From positions 5,098 through 69,097 of the forward strand of contig JBFLYN010000012.1 in the NCBI GenBank assembly GCA_040756655.1: a stretch of 64,000 bases of DNA, written 5' to 3'. The position numbers and the translations under genes were made by a program. The DNA is from Bacillota bacterium (GTDB taxonomy: Bacteria > Bacillota > Sulfobacillia > UBA8153). The notes under the pieces were generated by a model. It saw nothing but the letters and a program-made list of their open reading frames with translations. It was not told the origin of the DNA and did no database searches. How positions within the stretch are numbered: position 1 is the first letter of the stretch; the number at the start of each line of letters is the position of its first letter. This document shows, piece after piece, positions 55,125 to 64,000 of the stretch.

Positions 55125-56300
55125 CTAAAGGACCTCCATGATGAGACACTTAAGGTATGAGGACTCAGGCACGGCGGGCAAGACTGGATGATCGGGCGGC
55201 GGGCTACGCCTTTCCAGGAGCCTGAGCTGACGTCCAGCGTCAGTGGCCGCGTCCACCAAGAGCTTGATGAAAGTTTCCTCGTCCAAGGGATACGAGCAAG
55301 AGCAGCTGACCAGGATCCCACCAGATGGCACCAGTTTCATGCCCCTCAAGTTAATCTCCTTGTATCCCCGCAGTGCGCCCGGGAGCGCGCTCCGGGAGCG
55401 GGCGAATGCGGGGGGATCGAGGATTACCACATCGTAGCTGACCTTCTGCTTCTCCAAAGACCTCAACTTATCAAAGACGTTGCCCGGCTGGAAGGAACAG
55501 GTTCTGGCCACTCCATTGGCCATAGCATTGGCCCGGGCCACGTCCAGGGCCGGTTCCGCCAGATCGATGCCGGTGACCTCCCGGGCGCCTCCCCGGGCGG
55601 CCTGGATGGCAAAACCACCAGTGTGGCAAAAACAGTCCAGCACCCGGGCTCCCCGGCAGTAGCCGGCCACGGCCAGCCGGTTGGCGGCCTGGTCCAGGAA
55701 ATGGCCGGTCTTTTGCCCCCGCTGGATATCCACCACCAGTTTCATCCCATGCTCAACAATCTCCACCAGCGGGTCGAAGGGCTCTCCGAGAAAACCTGCC
55801 CGCTCGGGCATGCCCTCCAGCTGTCTTACGGGCGCATCGTTACGCTCATAGATGCCGACCGGGGACACCAGCTCCTGCAGGGCCGAGTAGATGGCATCCT
55901 TCCACCGGTCTATGCCTAAGGTCAGGGTCTGGATCACCAGGATATCGCCAAACTTGTCCACAATGAGCCCGGGCAAGAAATCCCCCTCGGAGTGGACCAA
56001 CCGGTACGAGGAGGCATGGCCCATGAGCCGCCGGCGGTGCTCCAGTGCCCGCTGTAGGCGCCGGGCGAAGAATCCCGCATCTATGATCTCTGGCTGGCGC
56101 GTGAGCAGGCGCACGGTGATCACCGAGGCGCTGTTGTAATAACCCGAACCCAGGTAGCGGCCTGCATGATCCAGGACGTCAACGGTGCCGCCGTCCGCGG
56201 CTCCTTCCACACTGGCGATCTCGTTCCTGTATACCCAGGGGTGCCCGGACCGGATGCGGGTGTGCTGCCCCGGGGTCAAGCGCACTACAGCACCGCTCAT
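55125..56300 (-). CDS. Class I SAM-dependent rRNA (cytosine-C5) methyltransferase, RlmI/YwbD-like (PUA + MTase)
   Basis: 391 aa. ...IRSGHPWVYRNEI... (PUA-like N-terminus) and ...VLDCFCHTGGFA... (SAM motif I). Confidence 0.85.
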   Translation of the reverse strand: MSGAVVRLTPGQHTRIRSGHPWVYRNEIASVEGAADGGTVDVLDHAGRYLGSGYYNSASVITVRLLTRQPEIIDAGFFARRLQRALEHRRRLMGHASSYRLVHSEGDFLPGLIVDKFGDILVIQTLTLGIDRWKDAIYSALQELVSPVGIYERNDAPVRQLEGMPERAGFLGEPFDPLVEIVEHGMKLVVDIQRGQKTGHFLDQAANRLAVAGYCRGARVLDCFCHTGGFAIQAARGGAREVTGIDLAEPALDVARANAMANGVARTCSFQPGNVFDKLRSLEKQKVSYDVVILDPPAFARSRSALPGALRGYKEINLRGMKLVPSGGILVSCSCSYPLDEETFIKLLVDAATDAGRQLRLLERRSPPPDHPVLPAVPESSYLKCLIMEVL

Positions 56301-57223
56301 GGATGTCCCGCCAGGTAGCGCTCAACGGCCACACCGGCCACGGCGCCGTCACCAACGGCCGTAGCCACCTGCCTAAGATACTTGGCCCTTACATCCCCGG
56401 CGGCAAATACGCCGGGCAATGATGTGCTCATGTCCTCGCCCGTCAGGATGTACCCGGCCGCGTCGGTATTGACCAAATGCCTGATGAACTCACTGTTGGG
56501 GACTTGTCCTATGTACACAAACACGCCGTCAGCCGCGTATTCCATCTCCTGGCCTGTCTTCAAGTTCCTGAGGCCCACCGCCTCTACCTTCTCGCGGCCC
56601 AGGACGGTGGTGACCATCGAATTGCAGACAAAGGCCATCTTGGCGCTGGCAAACGCCCGGTCCTGGAGCGCCTTGGCTGCCCTTAAGGAGTCCCGGCGGT
56701 GCACTAGTGTAACCTTGGAGGCAAACCGGGTGAGAAACAACGCTTCTTCCACGGCCGAATCACCACCGCCCACCACTACCACATGCCGGTTACGGTAGAA
56801 GGCCCCGTCGCAGGTGGCGCAGTATGAGACTCCACGTCCCCTGAACTCGGCTTCGCCGGGCACGCCGAGCGGTCTTTCTCGTGCCCCGCTGGCCACGATG
56901 AGCGCGCGCGCCGATAGAGTCCCTTCGCTGGTATGGACGTCGAACCCGTCGCCACTTTCCACCCGTTGCACGTCGGCCAGCACGGTTTCGGCACCAAATG
57001 CGCGTACCTGCTCCTCCATGCGCTGGGCAAGTTCCGGCCCCATCACTCCCCCTGGAAACCCCGGGTAGTTCTCGATGTGAGCCGTGGTAGCGGCCTGCCC
57101 ACCGGGGCCGACCCTTTCCACGATTACCGTGACCAGCCCGGCGCGCCCGCAGTACAGGGCTGCCGTGAGGCCGGCGGGCCCAGCGCCGGTGATGACTACA
57201 TCGGCGGACCTGTGCTTGTCCAT
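56297..57223 (-). CDS. trxB: Thioredoxin-disulfide reductase
   Basis: DVVITGAGPAGLTAALY, the redox-active CATCDG, and GGGDSAVEEALFLT. Confidence 0.95.
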   Translation of the reverse strand: MDKHRSADVVITGAGPAGLTAALYCGRAGLVTVIVERVGPGGQAATTAHIENYPGFPGGVMGPELAQRMEEQVRAFGAETVLADVQRVESGDGFDVHTSEGTLSARALIVASGARERPLGVPGEAEFRGRGVSYCATCDGAFYRNRHVVVVGGGDSAVEEALFLTRFASKVTLVHRRDSLRAAKALQDRAFASAKMAFVCNSMVTTVLGREKVEAVGLRNLKTGQEMEYAADGVFVYIGQVPNSEFIRHLVNTDAAGYILTGEDMSTSLPGVFAAGDVRAKYLRQVATAVGDGAVAGVAVERYLAGHP

Positions 57224-57364
57224 GTTCTACACCCTCCCCAAAACCCCGTTCGAGGAACATTATACCACAAGCTCTCTTTCCGCTTTCGCCGGGCTGGTTT
57301 TAGCCCGGCAGACGCGTGGGACACTAGGGATGGAGTGATTCTGCACATTGAGGGGAGCCGCCCT

Positions 57365-58339
57365 ATGGATCAAATGCACAGACTGTGGGAGAAGCTCAAA
57401 AACGACCGCCGCTACTGGGCCATTGCCGCCGCCGTGGTAGTAGTGCTGGCAGCCATCACCCTGGCCCGGCCGGGAGCGCTGCTCAGGCCAGGAGTGCCAA
57501 GGGTGGTGGACCGGGATCCCATCCCGGAGCCAACGCTTCGGGTGTTCTTCCACGATACCGGCGAGATCCGCCACATGCCCATGGAGGAGTACCTGATGGG
57601 CGTAGTGGCTGCGGAAATGGATCCAAACTGGCCCCGGCAGGCCTTGGCCGCCCAGGCCATCATCGCCCGGACTTTCACCATGCGCAAGCTGGAAGCCGGG
57701 GGTGTGGCCCACCGGAACGCCGACGCCAGCACGGATCCGGAGGAGTTTCAAGCCTACGACGCCGGGCGCATCAACGATAACGTAAGAGGTGCGGTCCAGG
57801 CCACGCGTGGGGAGATCATCACTCACCAGGGACGACCCATACTGGCCTGGTTTCATGCCAGTTCTGGCGGACGCACCGCCACCGCCGAGGAAGGCCTCGG
57901 CTTCACCGGTGAACCTACCCCTTACATCAGATCCATAAGTGACCTGGAGGAGACCGACGACATCCGGTGGTCCCGGGAATTCACCGCCGCCCAGATCATG
58001 CAGGCCGCTGCAAAACTGGGCGTACCCGGTGGCGCCCTAGAATCCATCCGGGAGGGCAAGAAGGGTCCCTCGGGCCGGCTGACCACGCTGGTCATCAACG
58101 GCCGTGAAGTACCCGCTCCTGACTTCAGGCTGGCCATTGGCAGCAGTCTCATGCGCTCAACGCTGATCGACGACATCCGCCACGACGGGAACACCGTGAC
58201 CATGCGCGGCCGGGGGTTCGGGCACGGCGTGGGCATGTCACAATGGGGTGCTTGGGTCATGGCCCAGCGCGGGAGATCAGCCGAAGAGATCGTTGGCTTC
58301 TACTACCACAACATCCTCATCGAGCGGTTCTGGAGGTAG
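57365..58339 (+). CDS. spoIID: SpoIID/LytB-domain sporulation protein
   Basis: MDQMHRLW...single TM...EEYLMGVVAAEM...QALAAQAIIARTF...WFHASSGGRTA...GHGVGMSQWGA... ATG 57365 follows GAGGGGAG. The ORF-track N-terminus is antisense trxB. Confidence 0.9.
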   Translation: MDQMHRLWEKLKNDRRYWAIAAAVVVVLAAITLARPGALLRPGVPRVVDRDPIPEPTLRVFFHDTGEIRHMPMEEYLMGVVAAEMDPNWPRQALAAQAIIARTFTMRKLEAGGVAHRNADASTDPEEFQAYDAGRINDNVRGAVQATRGEIITHQGRPILAWFHASSGGRTATAEEGLGFTGEPTPYIRSISDLEETDDIRWSREFTAAQIMQAAAKLGVPGGALESIREGKKGPSGRLTTLVINGREVPAPDFRLAIGSSLMRSTLIDDIRHDGNTVTMRGRGFGHGVGMSQWGAWVMAQRGRSAEEIVGFYYHNILIERFWR

Positions 58340-58348
58340 CGGCGAAAA

Positions 58349-58380
58349 CAAACAGCCCCTCTTTCCAGAGCGGCTGTTTG
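58349..58380. terminator. Hairpin between convergent spoIID and the EF-G paralog
   Basis: caaacagcc-14 nt-ggctgtttg, located between the two stop codons. Confidence 0.45.
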
Positions 58381-58401
58381 CTTCTGGTAACCCGATCCGG
58401 C

Positions 58402-60456
<2,055 letters not shown>

Positions 60457-60632
60457 GGAAGTTTCCCCCTCAGCCATAATGAAAAAAGCCCAAAAGGGCC
60501 CAGGTGCGCCAGACCGGTTCTACTACCGTAAAGCCCATAGCGCAATAGGCACCAAACGTCATTCATTCGCCAGGCACTCGTCTTTTCCTGCTGGAAGCCA
60601 AGCCCAGACTATTTTCTCCGGCCCGCTCCGGG

Positions 60633-62240
60633 TTATGCGCCGGTGTCAAACGCGGCATGACGGTATACCCAGCGTCCCCCTACCATAGTCCCGAGTATCT
60701 TGGTGGCCGTCAAGCGTGCTGGATCCACCGCGAAGATGTCCTGGTCCATTACGACCAGGTCGGCAAATTTGCCCGGGGTAAGCGACCCTTTGAGGTGCTC
60801 CTCGCCCGATGCCAGCGCTGCTCCCATGGTATATCCCCAGACGGCCTGGTAGACGGTGATCCGCTCTTCTGGATACCAGGGTGGGCTTTCCCGGTCGTCC
60901 GGGTGCTGCCTGGTGACGGCAGCGGCGATGCCCTTGATGGGGTCGATGTTCTCCACGGGAGCATCGGAACCGAAAGCCAGCACCGCCCGGTGGTCCCAGA
61001 GGCTCTTGAACGCGTAGGCCCAACGCGCCCGGGTGCCCCAGTGCCTGTCGGCGATCCAGCGGTCCGAGACGGCATGGAAAGGCTGCATGGACGCGATGAC
61101 GTTGAGCTCGGCGAACCGCGGCAGGTCCTGGGGAGTCAGCAGCTGGGCATGCTCGATGCGCTGCCTCAGGCCCCGCTTGGCCGCCTCGTCCTTCACCGCT
61201 TCCAGGGCGTCCAGCACTTCGCGGTTGGCCCGGTCTCCAATGGCATGGATGGCCACGGCGATGCCGGCCCGGGCCGCCCGGGCAACATCCTCGCGCAGCT
61301 CGTCCACGGTAATGGTGGAAATGCCGTAAGAACCGGGGTTGTTCTCGTATGGCTCGAACATGCGGGCCGTCTGCACGCCCAACGCACCATCGGCGAACAT
61401 CTTTAGCTGGCCCACGCGGAGCCACTCATTGCCAAAGCCCGAACGTATCCCCAGTTCTATAGCAGTATCCAGGAGCTTGTGAGGAATGGTGGCAGTAAAG
61501 CGCATGTCGCGACTTCCTAAGCGCTGTAGTGCCCCCAGGGTGGGGGGGCCTTCCATGGTATGAATGCCGGTAAGCCCCAGCGCATTGGATGAAGCGATTC
61601 CGGCCAAGATGGCCCGGTCGTATTCCGCGGGTTCAGGCTCAGGGACCACTCGCCAGATCAGGGCCTGGGCGGTCTCTTTGAAAATGCCCGTGGGAAAGCC
61701 AGATTCATCCCATTCCATGCCCCCGCCGGGTGGGCAAACAGTGTCCCGTTCCACCCCGGCCAGTTCCAGCGCACGGGTGTTGCACCACATGGAGTGCCCG
61801 CACTTAGAGCGCAAAAACACCGGCCGGTCGGCGACCACCCGGTCCAGGTCATGCCGGGTGGGAAAGTCACCCTTGCCCCAGACGTTCTTGTTGAAGCCGC
61901 CACCTCTCACCCACGAGCCCGGCGCAAGCTTCTGGGCATGCACCCGCACCTTTTCCAGGGCTTCCTCCAGCGTGGGGATACCGTCGAGGTCCACCTCGAT
62001 CTGCCTGAACGAATGGGACGCAAAATGGGTGTGAGCGTCTATGAGCCCCGGCATGATGGTCCAGCCTTTAGCGTCCAATACGAAAGTGCCCTGGCCGGAG
62101 AGCCCCGCCACATCCTTGAATTTGCCAACTGCCGCGATTTTGCCGTCACGCACCGCCAGGCTGTCGGCTATGGGGTACTCAGGGTCCATGGTGTGGATGC
62201 GAGCGTTTTGGATGATCAGGTCATCGGTCATTGGCTTCAC
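60633..62240 (-). CDS. Amidohydrolase-3 family metal-dependent hydrolase (YtcJ-like)
   Basis: ...ARIHTMD...PGLIDAHTHF...IAVAIHAIGD...FGSDAP... The start is uncertain: GTG 62240 or ATG 62231. Confidence 0.85.
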   Translation of the reverse strand: MKPMTDDLIIQNARIHTMDPEYPIADSLAVRDGKIAAVGKFKDVAGLSGQGTFVLDAKGWTIMPGLIDAHTHFASHSFRQIEVDLDGIPTLEEALEKVRVHAQKLAPGSWVRGGGFNKNVWGKGDFPTRHDLDRVVADRPVFLRSKCGHSMWCNTRALELAGVERDTVCPPGGGMEWDESGFPTGIFKETAQALIWRVVPEPEPAEYDRAILAGIASSNALGLTGIHTMEGPPTLGALQRLGSRDMRFTATIPHKLLDTAIELGIRSGFGNEWLRVGQLKMFADGALGVQTARMFEPYENNPGSYGISTITVDELREDVARAARAGIAVAIHAIGDRANREVLDALEAVKDEAAKRGLRQRIEHAQLLTPQDLPRFAELNVIASMQPFHAVSDRWIADRHWGTRARWAYAFKSLWDHRAVLAFGSDAPVENIDPIKGIAAAVTRQHPDDRESPPWYPEERITVYQAVWGYTMGAALASGEEHLKGSLTPGKFADLVVMDQDIFAVDPARLTATKILGTMVGGRWVYRHAAFDTGA

Positions 62241-62356
62241 CGTTCTCCTTTTAGGGATTGCATCCAAGCAGGCACGTATGTCCATAGCTGGGTGTTCTGT
62301 CTGGCACAAGAGTGCTATTCAACGCCGGGGTGGCAAAGACCTCTACGAAAAGACAA

Positions 62357-62376
62357 CGCCCGGCTTACGCCGGGCG
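62357..62376 (-). terminator. Intrinsic terminator of the BsuPI-repeat gene
   Basis: cgcccggc-ttac-gccgggcg is followed on the minus strand by TTGTCTTTTCG. Confidence 0.65.
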
Positions 62377-62391
62377 CTGCGGTCCTTTCAC

Positions 62392-63837
62392 CTATGGCAT
62401 CACAAAGTACGTGGCGGCCACGGTGCGATAGCTGCCTTCGATGTTGGACTGGACCTCGGCCAGGTAAGTGCCTGTCGGAAGGTTGTGCAGCGTCACGTAG
62501 TGATACCTGGTGGCCCCGCCGGCGAAGGTACCCAGGGACTGGCCGAATCCCACGCCCGGCATTACCTGCCCGGCATCGGGTCCGGTGGCCTTCTTCACCA
62601 CGATCCTGTAGCCGAACTGGGCGGGCATGGTCAGGTCTTCGACCGGGTTCCGGATCTCCAGGGTCAAACGGGGCCCATTGCCCAGCATGCTCCGGGCCTG
62701 GAACGAGATGTTGTAACGAAGCGGGTCCCGCCGCACTATGGTGATGTCGGAAGATGCCACCCGGCGCTCAGCGCCGTTGCCGGCGAAGTAGGCTTCGGCC
62801 GCGTAGGTGCCGCCGGGCAGGTCAGGAAGATCGGTCCAGTATACCACGTGCTCGCCGGCCCTCAGCTGGCGCTGCTGTACCACCTGCAGGTAAACCTGGT
62901 CGTCGGACGCCTGCCATACCTTCACGCCATTTTTCCTTAGGACGAAGTCGTGCGTCTTGGAAGTGGGGAAGGTCAGGGTGACGTCTTTCCCCGTGCCGTT
63001 GTAGACCATGAGCCCGAGTCTCTGGTTGTTGGCATCGTGGAGGAGCCCATAGGTAAGCCGCGACGGCGTGGGCGCCGGGATGTTTAGGGTCGTCCTGGCC
63101 ACAGCTGCCTGGCTACCCGGGAAATAGGCTTCGACAACGTAGCTGCCGGCTGCCAGCTGGGGCAGTCCGGTCCAGTAGGTCCGCGCCTGCCCGGGGTTGA
63201 AGGTCTCGTTCATGATGAGCATGAGATAAGCCTGCCCATCAGATGCCTGCCATACCTTGTTGCTGCCTTGCCTGATGATGAAGTCGTGGGTCTGGGACGA
63301 GTTGAACGTGACCTGCGCCCTCTGGTTGGAGATGTTCTTCACGGTCAGCCCCACGCGGCCATTGGGCAAATCCACTATTATCCCGTACTCAAACCGGCTT
63401 TTTGGGGGCGTCTCGATGATGAGTCTTTCTACATCCCAGCGCACCTGCAGTCCCAGGACGTCAGAGAGAAATGCCGTTGGGACGTAGCTGGTGCCCTGTG
63501 AAAGCCGGCTAGAAATGGGCAACTGGACTACCCGACCATCCACCGTCGCCTGGGCTTGGTCCATGGGGAACCTGATGGTGCTGCCGCCGGGCATGACTGC
63601 CACCGCGCTTCGGCCGGCACCATCCCAGCTGACCCGGGCACCCAGTGCGGCGAAGGTGGCCCGGAACGGCACCAGCGTGTGACCGCCCACTACCATGGGA
63701 CGGTGCCTGGAGTGCAGTTCTTGCCCTTCCACCACTATGGTCGACCTGGCCGGGGCTGCCGCTGCCGGCACTGCTGCTGCCAGCGAGAAAACCAGGGCAA
63801 TGGTGAGTGCCAGGCTGGTCCATCTGCTCTTCCTCAT
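62392..63837 (-). CDS. Secreted protein: copper-amine-oxidase-like N-terminal (stalk) domain plus tandem BsuPI-like (intracellular proteinase inhibitor fold) repeats
   Basis: Signal peptide MRKSRWTSLALTIALVFSLAAAVPAAAA. HTLVPFRATFAALGARVSWD is typical of the Cu-amine-oxidase N-terminal domain. Two clear repeats (...TVKNISNQRAQVTFNSSQTHDFIIRQGSNKVWQASDGQ... and ...MVYNGTGKDVTLTFPTSKTHDFVLRKNGVKVWQASDDQ...) are followed by a third, diverged one. Confidence 0.8.
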   Translation of the reverse strand: MRKSRWTSLALTIALVFSLAAAVPAAAAPARSTIVVEGQELHSRHRPMVVGGHTLVPFRATFAALGARVSWDGAGRSAVAVMPGGSTIRFPMDQAQATVDGRVVQLPISSRLSQGTSYVPTAFLSDVLGLQVRWDVERLIIETPPKSRFEYGIIVDLPNGRVGLTVKNISNQRAQVTFNSSQTHDFIIRQGSNKVWQASDGQAYLMLIMNETFNPGQARTYWTGLPQLAAGSYVVEAYFPGSQAAVARTTLNIPAPTPSRLTYGLLHDANNQRLGLMVYNGTGKDVTLTFPTSKTHDFVLRKNGVKVWQASDDQVYLQVVQQRQLRAGEHVVYWTDLPDLPGGTYAAEAYFAGNGAERRVASSDITIVRRDPLRYNISFQARSMLGNGPRLTLEIRNPVEDLTMPAQFGYRIVVKKATGPDAGQVMPGVGFGQSLGTFAGGATRYHYVTLHNLPTGTYLAEVQSNIEGSYRTVAATYFVMP

Positions 63838-63957
63838 TGCTCTCTCCTCCAATACGCAGCATATGCTGCTGTTTTGCCTACTCCAGGTTAGACGGGGTTG
63901 TGGAGAAGAGGTTCCGGCGTAATTACTGGAAGAGCAGGTAGAAGCGTAGGAACAGCA

Positions 63958-63980
63958 AAGCCCGCCAAAGAGGCGGGCTT
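63958..63980 (-). terminator. Terminator-like hairpin, probably ending a minus-strand gene beyond the window
   Basis: aagcccgcc-aaaga-ggcgggctt is followed on the minus strand by TGCTGTT. Confidence 0.4.
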
Positions 63981-64000
63981 GGAAAGGTATTCCGGCGGTG

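Noticed and set aside
57288-57309. 8-bp hairpin (gccgggct-6 nt-agcccggc) in the trxB-spoIID divergent spacer, considered as a riboswitch or operator
   Set aside because: It is too small and isolated to assign. I could not identify convincing sigma-E or sigma-A hexamers around it.
56933-57364. N-terminal 144 codons of the 468-aa spoIID ORF
   Set aside because: They are antisense to trxB. The SpoIID homology, TM segment and SD all begin at 57365.
61794-62940. 316-aa and 299-aa plus-strand ORFs
   Set aside because: They are antisense to the amidohydrolase and the BsuPI-repeat gene and span the terminator between them, which is implausible for a real gene.

Overview
This 64-kb window is core chromosome from a Gram-positive, Clostridia-like spore-former (sigH, spoIID and ctsR-mcsA-mcsB-clpC are present). 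It is fairly GC-rich with strong GGAGG-type Shine-Dalgarno sites. The taxon is an inference from gene content and order.

Almost everything is on the minus strand and follows the classical Firmicute order. In direction of transcription (high to low coordinates):
- a secreted BsuPI-repeat protein, an amidohydrolase and a second EF-G paralog; spoIID on the plus strand
- trxB, an rlmI-like methyltransferase, ctsR-mcsA-mcsB-clpC, radA
- a plus-strand islet (tRNA-Ala plus a small ORF), carD, then two decayed IS elements
- yacL-ispDF-thyX-rlmB, a plus-strand nitroreductase, sigH
- a five-tRNA operon, tuf copy 2, rpmG, tRNA-Trp, secE-nusG-rplK-rplA-rplJ-rplL-rpoB-rpoC
- an L7Ae-like gene, rpsL-rpsG-fusA-tuf copy 1
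- the S10, spc and alpha ribosomal operons, ecfA1-ecfA2-ecfT-truA-rplM-rpsI
- a convergent plus-strand chemotaxis tail (cheB 3' end, cheR, cheX)

I found six tRNA genes on the minus strand and one on the plus strand. I also found two small unlisted CDSs (rpmJ, rpmG), several good sigma-A-type promoters, intrinsic terminators, a CtsR operator and an L10-leader-like attenuator.

I found no CRISPR array, defence island, toxin-antitoxin pair or other convincing multi-gene novel system. The most unusual items are single-gene or single-site features:
- a roughly 200-residue acidic, proline-rich C-terminal tail on RpoB
- a five-cysteine insertion present in both near-identical EF-Tu copies
- a ThyX-like protein with a split signature motif and a C-terminal Cys cluster
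- an ispD-ispF fusion
- no rpmD (L30) gene between rpsE and rplO
- a complete but pseudogenised ISAs1-like element, with 10-bp target duplication and a DUF4338-like N-terminal domain, 11 bp upstream of the yacL operon -35 box
- an SD-sequestering hairpin in front of ecfA1

Many long ORFs in the track are antisense or alternate-frame shadows of conserved genes, and I rejected them.
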